In this document: piece after piece, positions 26,317-37,635 of the stretch | Numbering within the stretch: position 1 is the first letter of the stretch | How the letters are laid out: the number at the start of each line of letters is the position of its first letter | Origin: a bacterium | Lineage (GTDB): Bacteria; Hinthialibacterota; Hinthialibacteria; Hinthialibacterales; Hinthialibacteraceae | Direction of reading: 5' to 3' | NCBI GenBank assembly: GCA_041946805.1 | Contig: JBHGBC010000001.1 | Location: 32,001 to 96,000 of the forward strand | DNA: 64,000 nucleotides | Notes under the pieces: generated by a model | What the model saw: only the letters and a program-made list of their open reading frames with translations | Database searches by the model: none | Told to the model about the DNA's origin: nothing | Translations under genes and position numbers: made by a program

Positions 26317-28188
26317 ATGAAACGATACCAGTTTTGGCGGCTGATGCTGGCGGCATGGATCGGGATGGCGGGCGCGCGGCCCCTGCCAGCGGAGCAGGCC
26401 GGATTTTCCATCCGCGGCACATTGCCGTGGCATAATTTCTTGTCGGGACCGACCGCCTGGAATTTCGAAGATTACCAGGCCTATCTGGATTGGATGGCGA
26501 AGCGGAACCTGAATTTCATCGGATTCCACTGTTACACGGGCGGCGCCGAGCGGTACGTCAATTACGTGGAGCCGCTGATCGAGATCCGTTACCGGAACGT
26601 GTTGCCGCAAGCGCAATTCGATACGTCCCTCACCGCCCGGTGGGGATACTGGCCCATGGCAACCAGCCGGTTCGCCTTTCACACCGGACGGCTGTTCAAA
26701 CGGGATGTTTTCGGGGCCGAATGCGCGGTCCGGGCCCGGTCCAACGAAGAACACTACGCCCGGGCGCGGGACCTGATGCGGCAGGTGACCGGGTACGCCC
26801 ACGAGAAGGGGATCCGGGTCTGCCTGGGCTTTGAATTCGGCGTGTACCCTCCCGAGTTCTACTCCGTGATTCCACCGGACGCGATGCTGTACACTCCGTA
26901 TCTTCCCGATCCCACGCATCCGGCCAATATCGAACTGCTCGGGAAGTATATCGAGGCCATCCTCACCGCGTATCCCCGGATCGATTACATCTGGTTCTGG
27001 CTCCAGGAAATGCAGAATCCCGTGGAAACCAAGGGATTCCCGGTGGCGTTTCAACAATATTACGACACGCACAAGGACCGGTTTGCGTATCTGACAGACG
27101 AACGGCAGTTGTTCAACGGGGTCTGGTCGCTGGCGTATGTTCAGAAAGCCTACGAGCTCCTCCGGCAAAAAGCGCCGCACGTGCGCATGGCCATCAGCGG
27201 CTGGGGCGGGGGAAATCAACTGCCTCCCCTCCTGAGGGGACTGCATGAAGCGTTGCCGAAGGACATCATTTTCTCCTGCCTGAATCCCAGCCAGGGGTGG
27301 GACCCGCAGGTGGAATTCATGGGGAAAATGCCCGGCCGGGAGGTGTGGGTGATTCCCTGGCTGGAAGGGGACATGCGCCTCTGGCATCCCCAGCCGCGCG
27401 TTTCGGTGCTGGCCGAGCACATCGCCCTGGCCCAACAGCAAGGCATCGCGGGTGTGATCGGCATCCATTGGCGGACGGAGGACATTCAGGCCAACCTGGA
27501 TGCGCTGGGCCTGTTCACCGTGTCGCCGCCCGAGTTGGACGGCGTCCGCCTGATGACCCGCGAGGAGAAAATCGATGTCACCTCCGCGTTTTACACGGCC
27601 TGGTGCGAAACGAAATACGGTCCCGAAGCGGCGGTGAAGATCGCGCCGGTGTTGACCCGGCTGGATGTGGACCAGGTGCTGGCGCCCCGGCGGGGGGGCG
27701 TGGATTCGCCGGAATATTTCCCCTATCATCCCAGCTGGGGGCGGATGACCCCCGGAATCCGCGAGGATGTCGCGCGGTTCCTTGAAGTCGTGGAGGCGGC
27801 GCGGCCCCTGGCGCGGGACAAAGACCAGCGGGCCAATCTGGAATATCTGGAAAATACCCTGCGGGGAATCCTGGCGCTCGAACAGGTGGGCGCGCGCTTG
27901 GAACCGGCCTGCCGGGTGAAGGAAGCCTGGCTCGCGGGGACGCTGCCCGCCTCCGAACGGCTTCCGGCCTGCCGGGAAGCCCTGGAAGCATGGAAGCAGG
28001 CGCCGTTCGAGGAGTTGTTCGGCGCCTTCAGCCGTAGAGTCCGGACGCGGGGGGATTTGGGCGTGCTTTCCTCGATGAACCAGAAATTATGGGGATTGGC
28101 CCAGGAATTACGTGACTTTTTGGAAGCGAACCAGTTGGAAGCGAACCAGGCCGCGGAAAATCGAGGGGAAAATGAACGGAAGCCCTGA
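26317..28188 (+). CDS. Exported putative glycoside hydrolase (TIM-barrel-like, family unassigned)
   Basis: Signal peptide; IRG.LPWHNF..W.FEDY..YLDWMAK..LN pattern; aromatic-rich. Confidence 0.55.
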   Translation: MKRYQFWRLMLAAWIGMAGARPLPAEQAGFSIRGTLPWHNFLSGPTAWNFEDYQAYLDWMAKRNLNFIGFHCYTGGAERYVNYVEPLIEIRYRNVLPQAQFDTSLTARWGYWPMATSRFAFHTGRLFKRDVFGAECAVRARSNEEHYARARDLMRQVTGYAHEKGIRVCLGFEFGVYPPEFYSVIPPDAMLYTPYLPDPTHPANIELLGKYIEAILTAYPRIDYIWFWLQEMQNPVETKGFPVAFQQYYDTHKDRFAYLTDERQLFNGVWSLAYVQKAYELLRQKAPHVRMAISGWGGGNQLPPLLRGLHEALPKDIIFSCLNPSQGWDPQVEFMGKMPGREVWVIPWLEGDMRLWHPQPRVSVLAEHIALAQQQGIAGVIGIHWRTEDIQANLDALGLFTVSPPELDGVRLMTREEKIDVTSAFYTAWCETKYGPEAAVKIAPVLTRLDVDQVLAPRRGGVDSPEYFPYHPSWGRMTPGIREDVARFLEVVEAARPLARDKDQRANLEYLENTLRGILALEQVGARLEPACRVKEAWLAGTLPASERLPACREALEAWKQAPFEELFGAFSRRVRTRGDLGVLSSMNQKLWGLAQELRDFLEANQLEANQAAENRGENERKP

Positions 28189-28205
28189 AGAGGCCAATGA
28201 GGCGG

Positions 28206-28233
28206 CGGGATGAGGCCGGATCCCGGGTTTTTT
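28206..28233 (+). terminator. Possible terminator after the glycoside hydrolase
   Basis: CGGGAT / ATCCCG stem followed by GGTTTTTT. Confidence 0.4.
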
Positions 28234-28263
28234 GCCGGTGGAAGATAAAATCACCAAATTCCC

Positions 28264-28292
28264 TTGTCTTTCGCGGAAGATCACACTATACT
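28264..28292 (+). promoter_or_regulatory. Sigma70-like promoter about 370 nt upstream of polA
   Basis: TTGTCT-17 nt-TATACT. Confidence 0.55.
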
Positions 28293-28660
28293 AGCAATAG
28301 ATTCAATGAAATTGACTGTCCGGCACTCCTGAATCCAGGGAAAAATCCTCAGACGAAACAATTCGGGTTCCAACCGAACGAACCAATTGGATAAGAGTTT
28401 CATTTGTGTGCCACCCCGGTTCCAACCCGCACACGAAGAATTGTCAAACTAAGGCAGATCGTTATCTCCCAAAACCCCGATAACCGCTTTGGAACAAGCG
28501 ATCGTACAGGATCGGCGAAGAATCAGAAAGTTTCACTATTCCTTGACATGCAATGGTTGAATGGGTAAGCAAGAATGGTCCTGAGGTTCGGGCAGCCCAC
28601 CGCAAGGCGCTGGCCGGCGTGGGTGGTTTTCCTTCGATGATCCGCCTTTGAGTTTCAAGC

Positions 28661-31318
28661 ATGAACACTGTCTATCTCGTGGACGGAAGTTCCATCTTTT
28701 TCCGCGCGTATCATGCCATTCCCAACCTGCGGCGTTCGGACGGAATGGCCACAAACGCGCTGTACGGCTATGTGTCGACACTGCGGAGCCTGATCCGGGA
28801 ATACCAGCCCCGCCGCATGGTGGTGGCCTTCGACCGTCCGGAACCGACCTTTCGCAAGGAGCGGTTCGAGGCCTACAAGGCCAACCGGGCGCAGCTGCCG
28901 GATGACTTGGCGGCGCAGATCCCGTGGATCAAGGAAGTGACGAAAAAATTGGGCATTTCCACCCTCGAAATGCCGGGTTTCGAAGCGGATGATATCATCG
29001 GCACGCTGGCCGTCCGCCTGGCGGAGCAGAACCGGGATGTGGTCGTGGTTTCGGGGGACAAGGATCTGCTGCAACTCGTGAACGATTCGGTGAAAGTGTT
29101 GCGCTTGTCGCACGGCCGGAATCAGATGTACGCGGCGGAGGACGTGGCGGCCCGGTATGGGGTTCCGCCGGAGAAACTGATCGATGTCCTGGGCTTGATG
29201 GGAGACGCCAGCGACAACGTGCCCGGGGTGCCGGGCATCGGCGAAAAGACCGCCATCGCGCTGATCCAGGAATACGGCTCGATGCAATCGCTGTATGAAA
29301 ATTTGGATCGGATCAGCGGAGCCAAGCGGCGGGAAAATTTGGACCGGTTCCGGGACCAGGCGTTCTTGTCCCGCGAGCTGGTGACAATCAAAACCGACGT
29401 CCCCTTGCCGGTCGAAAACGGCTGGCTCGAGATGCGCCCCGTGGACGAGGGCGGCCTGCGCCGTTTTTATGAAGAGATGGAGTTTCGTTCCCTCGCCGCG
29501 GAGTTGAGTCCCGCGCCGGTGGGAGAGATCCGGCCGGTGCGGTACGAAACGGTCCGGACGGCGGCGCGGCTGGCCGAAGTGGTGTCCATGGTCTTGGAAC
29601 GGGGCGCCTGCGCGGTGGATACCGAAACCACCTCGCTGGACACCCTGGGCGCGCGGCTGGTGGGCGTTTCCTTGAGCGTGGAAGAGGACCAGGCCTGGTA
29701 TATTCCCCTCGGCCACACGGAAGGGGGCAACATTCCCCGGGACGAGGCGTTTCCGCTGCTCCAGGCGGTTTTGGAATCGGAGGCGGTGCGCAAGACCGCC
29801 CACCATGGCAAGTTCGATCAGCATATCCTCGCCAACGAAGGCATCCGGCTGCGCGGCCTCGCCGACGACACCCTGGTGGCCGCGTCGCTGGTCATGCCCC
29901 AGCGCGACAGCCAGAAACTGGACGACCTGGCGTTGGACCTGCTGAATATGCGGATGACGCCCATCACCGATTTGATCGGCACGGGACGGGACCAAATCGG
30001 CATGGCCGGCGTGGAAGTGGCGAAAGTGGGTCCCTACGCCTGCGAGGACGCCGACGCCGCCTGGCGGCTGCGCGCGGCGCTGCGGCCCCTGATCGAGGAA
30101 TACGGGATGACGGAATTGTACCGCGATGTGGAGATTCCGCTCATCCAGGTGTTGGTGGACATGGAACGCCAGGGCGTACGGGTTGACGCGTCCGTGCTGG
30201 AGGAACAATCCCGCGAGTTGGGCGAGGAGATGCGGGAACTGGAAACCGCCATCTTCCAGTCGATCGGGCGTGAATTCAACCTCAATTCACCTTCGCAATT
30301 GGCGCGAATCCTGTATGATGACTTGAAAGTGTTGGACGGCCGCAAGCGGTCCACGCGCGCCGAAGTGCTCGAGAAGCTGGCGGAGGACGGAGTGCCCATC
30401 GCCCGGCGGATTTTGGAGTACCGGCGCCGGCAGAAGATCAAATCCACCTATCTCGACGCCCTGCCCAAGATGGTCCGGCCGGACACGGGGCGGGTCCACA
30501 CCACCTACAACCAGTCGGCGGTGAACACGGGGCGGATTTCGAGCAACGATCCCAATCTGCAGAACATTCCCATCCGCACGGATTTGGGCCGCCGGGTGCG
30601 GAAAGCCTTCGTGGCGCGCGAGGGATACGTGCTGATCTCGTTGGATTATTCCCAGATCGAATTGCGCGTCCTGGCGCATATCTCCCAGGACCCCGGCCTG
30701 TTGCGGGCCTTCGCGGCGGGCGAGGATATCCACGCCCGGACGGCGGCGGAAATTTTCGGCGTCCCGCTCGGCGGCGTCACGCCGGACATGCGCCGCAAGG
30801 CCAAGGAAATCAATTTCGGACTCAATTACGGCATGTCGCCCTATGGGCTGGCCCGGCGGCTGTCGATCAGCACGGACGAGGCGGCCTCGTATATCCAAGC
30901 CTATTTCACGCGGTATCCGCGGGTCCAGATCTACATGAGCGAAATTCTGGCCTTCGCCCAAGAACACTTGTACGCACGGACGTTGATGGGCCGCCGGATT
31001 CCCACCCCGGGAGTGCGCGACAGCCATCATCAACGGCAGGAAAACGCGCGGCGGGCGGCGATCAACGCGCCCATTCAAGGCTCGGCCGCGGACCTGATGA
31101 AAAAAGCCATGGTCGATGTCCACGCCGAACTGCGGTCCGAGGGGGACCGGGCCGCCATCCTGCTGACCGTGCACGACGAACTGGTGCTGGAAGCGGCGGA
31201 GGACCGGGCCGAGGATGTTTGCCGGCGGTGCCGCGAACGGATGGAACAGGCCCTGCGGCTCGACGTCCCCACGCCGGTGGAAACCTCGATGGGGCCCAGC
31301 TGGGCGGATTTGAACTGA
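28661..31318 (+). CDS. polA: DNA polymerase I
   Basis: 5'-3' exonuclease VDGSS..FRAYH and EADD; 3'-5' exonuclease DTETT, KFD, YACED; polymerase DYSQIELR, KEINFG..YG, VHDE. Confidence 0.98.
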   Translation: MNTVYLVDGSSIFFRAYHAIPNLRRSDGMATNALYGYVSTLRSLIREYQPRRMVVAFDRPEPTFRKERFEAYKANRAQLPDDLAAQIPWIKEVTKKLGISTLEMPGFEADDIIGTLAVRLAEQNRDVVVVSGDKDLLQLVNDSVKVLRLSHGRNQMYAAEDVAARYGVPPEKLIDVLGLMGDASDNVPGVPGIGEKTAIALIQEYGSMQSLYENLDRISGAKRRENLDRFRDQAFLSRELVTIKTDVPLPVENGWLEMRPVDEGGLRRFYEEMEFRSLAAELSPAPVGEIRPVRYETVRTAARLAEVVSMVLERGACAVDTETTSLDTLGARLVGVSLSVEEDQAWYIPLGHTEGGNIPRDEAFPLLQAVLESEAVRKTAHHGKFDQHILANEGIRLRGLADDTLVAASLVMPQRDSQKLDDLALDLLNMRMTPITDLIGTGRDQIGMAGVEVAKVGPYACEDADAAWRLRAALRPLIEEYGMTELYRDVEIPLIQVLVDMERQGVRVDASVLEEQSRELGEEMRELETAIFQSIGREFNLNSPSQLARILYDDLKVLDGRKRSTRAEVLEKLAEDGVPIARRILEYRRRQKIKSTYLDALPKMVRPDTGRVHTTYNQSAVNTGRISSNDPNLQNIPIRTDLGRRVRKAFVAREGYVLISLDYSQIELRVLAHISQDPGLLRAFAAGEDIHARTAAEIFGVPLGGVTPDMRRKAKEINFGLNYGMSPYGLARRLSISTDEAASYIQAYFTRYPRVQIYMSEILAFAQEHLYARTLMGRRIPTPGVRDSHHQRQENARRAAINAPIQGSAADLMKKAMVDVHAELRSEGDRAAILLTVHDELVLEAAEDRAEDVCRRCRERMEQALRLDVPTPVETSMGPSWADLN

Positions 31319-31321
31319 CGC

Positions 31322-31966
31322 ATGAAGCGAAAGACAACGCCGTCCCTCCGGGATGTGGGGCCTCCCGAGATCTCCCCGCGGCGCAAGGTGCTGGGCCTGA
31401 CCGGCAATCCGGGAGCGGGCAAAAGCACGGTGGCCGCGTGGATGCAAGAGATGGGCGCCGTGGTGATCAGCGGAGACGCCGAGGGCCACCGGTTGCTGCG
31501 CCGGGATTCACCGGTGTATGAAACCCTGGTGGAGGAGTACGACGTGAGCATCCTGGGGCCGAAGAACCGGATCGACCGGAAGGCGCTGAGCCGGATCGTG
31601 ACCAAAACGGTCGAAGAATTACGGCGCTACAACCGGTTGATCCATCCGGAACTGATCGAAACGATTTTGTATCGAATCGAACAGTTCCGGAAATCCAAGC
31701 GAAGCGGACCGCTGGTGGTGGACGCGGCGTTGATTTACGAATGGGGAATGAGCGGCGTGTTCGACGCCGTGCTGGTGGTGGCCGCGCCCCGCGCGGAACG
31801 GCATAAACGTTTTCGGGCGGCGCGCGGGAACGAATCCCTGTTTCAAGTCCTGGAATCGGCGCAATGGCCGGAACAGGAGAAAGTCCAACGAGCGGATGTG
31901 GTATTCCAAAACGAAGGCGATTTGGCCGAACTCCGGTCCCAAGTCGAAGCGTTTATGAACTGTTGA
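31322..31966 (+). CDS. coaE: Dephospho-CoA kinase
   Basis: [22 protein letters not shown]; directly after polA. Confidence 0.92.
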   Translation: MKRKTTPSLRDVGPPEISPRRKVLGLTGNPGAGKSTVAAWMQEMGAVVISGDAEGHRLLRRDSPVYETLVEEYDVSILGPKNRIDRKALSRIVTKTVEELRRYNRLIHPELIETILYRIEQFRKSKRSGPLVVDAALIYEWGMSGVFDAVLVVAAPRAERHKRFRAARGNESLFQVLESAQWPEQEKVQRADVVFQNEGDLAELRSQVEAFMNC

Positions 31967-32060
31967 AAGGTTGATCACACGGATTATGGAGAGCAAAACC
32001 CAGACACGACGTCCCCGGCTAGGGAACAACCGGATGCATAACTCGCATGGTCGGAGAGGA

Positions 32061-33467
32061 ATGATTAACGATATGCGAACCAACGATCGGAACAACAAAC
32101 CGTATGGCGCCTCGAATCCCGGCGGCGGGACTCCCTCGGCCTCCCCGGCCGCTCCCGGCAGCACCACGGCCACGGCCGCTCCGGGCAAGAATCCCGGCCT
32201 GGAGATGGAGACCCTCAAGAAAAAGACCATCGCCGAGCTGATGGAACTGGCCCACGAGATGAGCATCGAGGGAGTCAGCGGCCTCCGCAAGCAGGAACTG
32301 ATCTACAAGATCGTGGAGCACGCCGCCAAGGTGGAGCCGGAAGAGACCGGCGAAATGCAGGGCTCGGGCGTGCTGGAGGCCTTGCCGGAAGGCTTCGGCT
32401 TCCTGCGCAGCGCCGATTACTGCTACCTGCCGGGGCCGGACGACATCTACGTGTCGCCGTCCCAGATCCGGCGGTTCGGCCTGCGCAAGGGCGACACCGT
32501 GACCGGCGTCATCCGCCCGCCCAAGGAAGGCGAACGCTACTTCGCCCTCCTCAAGGTGACCTCCATCAACGGGGAACCTCCGGAAGCGGCCAAGGACAAG
32601 ATCCTGTACGACAACCTGACGCCCCTGTTTCCCAACATCCGGATCCGCATGGAGACCACCCCGAACCGCATCTCGGCGCGCATCATCGACCTGATCGTGC
32701 CCATGGGCCTCGGCCAGCGGGCGCTGATCGTCGCGCCTCCCAACTCGGGGAAAACCATGCTGCTGCAGGAGATCGCCAACAGCATCACTTCGAATCATCC
32801 GGACGTGACGCTCATCGTGCTGCTCATCGACGAGCGGCCCGAGGAGGTCACCGAGATGAAACGCACGGTGAAGGGCGAGGTCATCTCCTCCACCTTCGAC
32901 GAACCGCCCGAGCGCCATATCCAGGTCGCCGAGATGGTCATCGAGAAGGCCAAGCGCCTGGTGGAATACCGCCACGACGTGGTGATCCTGCTCGACAGCA
33001 TCACGCGGCTGGCCCGCGCCTACAATCAGATCGCTCCGCACAGCGGCAAGATCCTCTCCGGCGGGATCGATTCCAGCGCCCTGATTCCGCCCAAGCGTTT
33101 CTACGGCGCGGCCCGCAACATCGAGGAAGGCGGCAGCCTCTCGATCATGGCCACCGCGCTCATCGACACCGGCAGCCGCATGGACGACGTCATCTACGAA
33201 GAGTTCAAGGGCACCGGCAACCTCGAGCTGCATCTGGACCGCAAACTGGCCGAGCGCCGGATCTATCCCTCCATCGACATCAACCGCTCCAAGACCCGGA
33301 AGGAAGAGTTGCTGCTCGAACCGGATGAACTGGAGCGGGTGTGGCTGCTGCGCAAGGTGTTGAACGAAATGAATGCCAGCGAGGCGGTCGAACTGCTCAT
33401 CGAGCGGATGAAGAAAACCAAGAACAACAAGGATTTCCTGGACACGCTGAGCAAGTCGACGCTCTGA
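32061..33467 (+). CDS. rho: Transcription termination factor Rho
   Basis: [54 protein letters not shown] before ATG 32061. Confidence 0.98.
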   Translation: MINDMRTNDRNNKPYGASNPGGGTPSASPAAPGSTTATAAPGKNPGLEMETLKKKTIAELMELAHEMSIEGVSGLRKQELIYKIVEHAAKVEPEETGEMQGSGVLEALPEGFGFLRSADYCYLPGPDDIYVSPSQIRRFGLRKGDTVTGVIRPPKEGERYFALLKVTSINGEPPEAAKDKILYDNLTPLFPNIRIRMETTPNRISARIIDLIVPMGLGQRALIVAPPNSGKTMLLQEIANSITSNHPDVTLIVLLIDERPEEVTEMKRTVKGEVISSTFDEPPERHIQVAEMVIEKAKRLVEYRHDVVILLDSITRLARAYNQIAPHSGKILSGGIDSSALIPPKRFYGAARNIEEGGSLSIMATALIDTGSRMDDVIYEEFKGTGNLELHLDRKLAERRIYPSIDINRSKTRKEELLLEPDELERVWLLRKVLNEMNASEAVELLIERMKKTKNNKDFLDTLSKSTL

Positions 33468-33569
33468 TCCCGCAACGCGTTCCCCAGTTCTGCAAGGAGA
33501 AAGGGGACACCCGTGGGCGGAGGCGGATGCCCGCGCGCCGGCCCCGGGCCCGCTTCCCCGCGTGCCACC

Positions 33570-35465
33570 ATGATGACTTCGCGTCCGCGGGGCGAGGCCG
33601 GCGCCCTGCGCCGGTTCGCCTGTTATGTTCTGCGCTACAAACTCCGTTTCGTTTACGCCGTGGTTTGCAGCGGCCTGATTTCCATCACCTCACTGTTGCT
33701 GCTCACCTTGTTGAAGCCGGCCGTGGAAACCATTTTCCGCGAGCCGGCTTCCGGCATGGCCGCGGCCGTGACCGCCGCCCCCGCGGAACCGGAACGGGGC
33801 CTCTTGGAGCCTTCGGGCCAGCTGGGAACCCTGCTGGCCCCCGTGTATCACCTGATCGGGCGCTTCGCGCAAAACAACCGCCTGCTGACCCTGGGCATGG
33901 TCTGCCTGTTCATCCTGCTCCTGGTGATCGTGAACGGCGTCTTCCGCTACATCCAGGAATACATGGTGAAATGGATCGGCAACCGCACGATCCTGGACCT
34001 GCAAAGGGATTTGTTCGAGCACATGCTCCACTTCGACGCGGCCTATTTCGCGCGGCACAAGGTGGGCGCGCTCATCTCGTACTTCACCGTGGACACCCGC
34101 AAGGTGGGCGAGACCGTCTTCGACGTCTTCGGCCGCCTGCTGCTGGATCCTTGCATGATCCTGGCCGCCCTGGTGTTCCTGCTCTACATGCAGTGGAAAT
34201 TGACGCTGCTGTATGCCCTGATCTTTCCCTTCATTTACTGGACGATCCGCATCTTCTCCAAGAAAAGCCGCCAGGCCGGCCGCCGGGCGCAGGAAATCAT
34301 GTCCGCCATGGGCGCGTTTCTGCAGGAGCATTTCAGCTCCATCCGCCTGGTGCAGGGTTACGCCATGGACGAGCGCCAGAAGCGCCTGTTCTGGAAGGAA
34401 GCGCGGGGGGTGTTTGACGCCAGCATGTCCCTCGCCAAGTCGATGGGCGCCTCGTCGCCGATCAGCGAGTTGATCGGCGTGTTCGCCCTGTGCTGTGTGC
34501 TGATGCTGGGCGGCTTCATCATGTTCCGGCAGGAAGGCGGACCGGGCGTTTTCGACGGCGGCGACTTTTTGGTGTTCCTCGCCACGCTGGGATTCATCTA
34601 TCAGCCCGTGAAACGCATGGAGCGCACCATCCAGCAGATCCAGCAAGGCCTGGCGGCCGCCGACCGCGTCTTCGCCGTGCTGGACACGGACGCGCGCCTG
34701 CCCCAGGCGGCGGACCCGGTGGAGGTGGAAACGTTCCAGCGGGAGATCCGCTTCGATGAGGTTTTCTTTACGTACGATGGGCAAGTCCCCGTGCTGGAGC
34801 GCGTGTCCTTCGCCGCGCGCAAGGGCGAGCAGATCGCCCTCGTGGGCCCCAGCGGGGCGGGCAAAACCACGCTGGTCAGCCTGATCCCACGCATCTACGA
34901 TCCCACCGGCGGCCGAATTCTGTTGGATGGCCACGATTTACGCGCCGTCCGCCTCGAAAGCCTGCGGCGGCTGATCAGCACCGTCCACCAGGACGTGATG
35001 ATTCTGGGCGACACGGTGCGGGTGAACATCACCTGCGGAAACGAATCGTTCACACCAGAACAAATCGAATCCGCCGCCCGGGCCGCCGGCGCGGACGAGT
35101 TCATCGCCGCCCTGCCCCACGGCTATGACACGATCGTGGGCGAACGGGGCGAATCGCTGTCGGGCGGGCAATGCCAGCGGCTGGCCATCGCGCGCGCGTT
35201 TCTGCGGGATTCTCCCATTCTCATCCTCGACGAGGCGACCTCCTCCCTGGACAGCGAATCGGAACGGCACATCAAGGAATCCCTGCGGCTCCTCATGCGC
35301 GGGCGCACCGCGTTCGTCATCGCCCACCGCCTCTCCACGATTTTGCAAGCCGACCGGATCCTCGTGCTCGACCGCGGCACGATCGTGGACATCGGCGCGC
35401 ACGCCGATCTGTTGGAACGGTGCGAACTCTACCAGCGCTTGTACCATTTGCAGTTTCATGAGTAG
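33570..35465 (+). CDS. MsbA-like ABC exporter (fused permease and ATPase)
   Basis: Six-TM domain; GPSGAGKT, LSGGQ, ILDEATSSLD, IAHRLST. Confidence 0.9.
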   Translation: MMTSRPRGEAGALRRFACYVLRYKLRFVYAVVCSGLISITSLLLLTLLKPAVETIFREPASGMAAAVTAAPAEPERGLLEPSGQLGTLLAPVYHLIGRFAQNNRLLTLGMVCLFILLLVIVNGVFRYIQEYMVKWIGNRTILDLQRDLFEHMLHFDAAYFARHKVGALISYFTVDTRKVGETVFDVFGRLLLDPCMILAALVFLLYMQWKLTLLYALIFPFIYWTIRIFSKKSRQAGRRAQEIMSAMGAFLQEHFSSIRLVQGYAMDERQKRLFWKEARGVFDASMSLAKSMGASSPISELIGVFALCCVLMLGGFIMFRQEGGPGVFDGGDFLVFLATLGFIYQPVKRMERTIQQIQQGLAAADRVFAVLDTDARLPQAADPVEVETFQREIRFDEVFFTYDGQVPVLERVSFAARKGEQIALVGPSGAGKTTLVSLIPRIYDPTGGRILLDGHDLRAVRLESLRRLISTVHQDVMILGDTVRVNITCGNESFTPEQIESAARAAGADEFIAALPHGYDTIVGERGESLSGGQCQRLAIARAFLRDSPILILDEATSSLDSESERHIKESLRLLMRGRTAFVIAHRLSTILQADRILVLDRGTIVDIGAHADLLERCELYQRLYHLQFHE

Positions 35466-35781
35466 GATGGCGGTATCATGGCGGATTCCAACTTGTGATC
35501 CATCAGTGATTCATAGAGAGAGGGAAGAATTCAATCCTTCCAATCGGTTGAAAAAAACGCGGGAAAGTCCTTTATTGTCTTCCTCTCCCTTTGGGAGAGG
35601 GCCGGGGGGAGGGACTTCGAAACCAGGGTAACCCTCACCCAATTCCTCTCCCAGGGGGCGAGGGAATTTGGGGCAATTCCTCCATGAAACCGGGATGGAT
35701 TCCCCTTGTTCCATTCATGGTACGAATATGATGGCGCCGGATGAACGTATTTTAAAATTCCGGCTTCCGGAGCGGATGCCG

Positions 35782-37635
35782 ATGGCGCGCCGAATTCCGC
35801 CTGTTCTCGCTCTCCTCCTGCTGCAGGCATTCCTGCTTTGGCACAGCGCCCGGCAGGATTCGGCCACCGTGGACGAAATGAGCCACCTGGCCTGCGGGCT
35901 GTATTCGCTGCAGACCCTGGATTTCCGCATGAACCGGGTCGCGCCGCCTCTGCAAAATTTGGTCTGCGCCCTGCCGGTCTATCTCTCCCAAGATTGCCAC
36001 CTGCCCTTCGATAACGCCTGCTGGCAACAGGGCGTTTGGAACGGCGCGGGCGACCGCTTTCTCGAGGCCAATCCGGACAACTTCCACCAACTGCTGATGA
36101 CCGGCCGCCTGGGAACCATGACGCTCTCCCTGCTGCTGTCGGTGATGGTGTTCGTGTGGGCGAACGCCTGTTGGGGATACCGGCCCGCTTTGGCTGTACT
36201 GGCCCTGTCCGTGTTGGAGCCCAATCTCCTGGCACATGGGCGGCTGGTGACCACCGACACCGCCCCCGCCCTGCTGTTCACGCTTACTGGATACCTCGCG
36301 TGGCGCTTCGTCCAGCAGCCGCGTTGGACACGGCTGATGCTCGTGGGAATCGGCATGGGATTGACCTGGTACGCCAAGCACACCGGGCCGCTGCTCGTGC
36401 CCGCGTTGTTTCTGGGATTCGGGCTTGTCTTCCGGAAGAGGCAGGAAACCGCTTGGTACACTTTCTCCCGGTTGGCCGCGAAGTGTCCGCACTCGCTGCG
36501 GCCATGGCTGCAATCGGCGGCTACGACTGTGATGATATCAATTGTTGGATTGCTGGTGATCTGGGCGGGGTATGGCTTCGAGGTGGGCGACAGCATCCCC
36601 GGCCCCCGTGAACCGCAGCGCGGCGCGCTCTGGCGGGAAACGCAATTGCCCTTGCAGACGGCCGCGTACCTGCTGGGATGGGACCGGCGCTATCCTTTCG
36701 ACAGCGGCGATCCCCGCGATCCCTACTGGCTTTTGCTCCGGCGGTATCTGCCAGCCTTCAGCCATTGGGAGGGATTTTTCGCCAACCGCCAGCACCTGCA
36801 GACCGGACACATGGCGTATTTCATGGGTGAGATCTCCGCCGGCGGATGGCGATCGTATTACCCCGTCTTGTTTTTGATCAAAACGCCGCTGCCCTTGCTG
36901 ATTCTCTTCCTGCTGGGCGCGGGCCTGCTCGCCGCGAAACGGGTCCGGCTGGATTTCCACGCCGGTGTGTTCCTGGCCATGATTCCCCTCGTTTACACGG
37001 GGGTGTTGATCGAGTGGAACCGGGTGAACATCGGCTACCGGCACGCGCTGCCGTTGGTTCCGTATGCCCTGATCGCCCTGGCGGGAGCGGCGCTGGCGTA
37101 CCTGTTCCGCGCCCCGGAATCCGGCGGGACGGATCCGGCCGGTCTCCAGGCCGGACGAAGAGACTACTCGAACCGCGCCGTGCTGGGGTCGTTGTTATTG
37201 GCGTGGACCGCGGTGGATGTCTTGTCCATCCACCCGCATTATTTGTCTTATTTCAACTCCCTGATCGGCGGGCCGAAAAACGGGCATTATTACGCGGTGG
37301 ATTCCAATCTGGACTGGGGGCAGGATCTCTTCTTTCTCAAGAAATATCTAACAGAGAATGACGTCCGGGATGCCTATCTCTTTTATTTCGGACCGGAACA
37401 ATACCCCAACTATTACGGTGTGCCGTGCCGGGACACCAAGAAGCTGGATCACCTGGAACCGGGCACGTACATCGTCAGCGTCACCCTCCTGCGGCAGTAT
37501 TGGGGCGCCCATCCGCCGAAATTCCTGCTGCCCGTGATCGGGCGGGAACCCGACGGCCGGGCCGCCTACACCCTGTTCGTTTACCGGGTTCCCGCCATGG
37601 ACCGTGATTCCTCTGCGCCGGTCACTTCACCGTGA
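35782..37635 (+). CDS. GT-C fold glycosyltransferase (ArnT/PMT, GT83/39-like)
   Basis: TVDE..HL..G, PPL, HGRLVTTD, multiple TM helices, DSNLDWGQD; start approximate. Confidence 0.82.
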   Translation: MARRIPPVLALLLLQAFLLWHSARQDSATVDEMSHLACGLYSLQTLDFRMNRVAPPLQNLVCALPVYLSQDCHLPFDNACWQQGVWNGAGDRFLEANPDNFHQLLMTGRLGTMTLSLLLSVMVFVWANACWGYRPALAVLALSVLEPNLLAHGRLVTTDTAPALLFTLTGYLAWRFVQQPRWTRLMLVGIGMGLTWYAKHTGPLLVPALFLGFGLVFRKRQETAWYTFSRLAAKCPHSLRPWLQSAATTVMISIVGLLVIWAGYGFEVGDSIPGPREPQRGALWRETQLPLQTAAYLLGWDRRYPFDSGDPRDPYWLLLRRYLPAFSHWEGFFANRQHLQTGHMAYFMGEISAGGWRSYYPVLFLIKTPLPLLILFLLGAGLLAAKRVRLDFHAGVFLAMIPLVYTGVLIEWNRVNIGYRHALPLVPYALIALAGAALAYLFRAPESGGTDPAGLQAGRRDYSNRAVLGSLLLAWTAVDVLSIHPHYLSYFNSLIGGPKNGHYYAVDSNLDWGQDLFFLKKYLTENDVRDAYLFYFGPEQYPNYYGVPCRDTKKLDHLEPGTYIVSVTLLRQYWGAHPPKFLLPVIGREPDGRAAYTLFVYRVPAMDRDSSAPVTSP

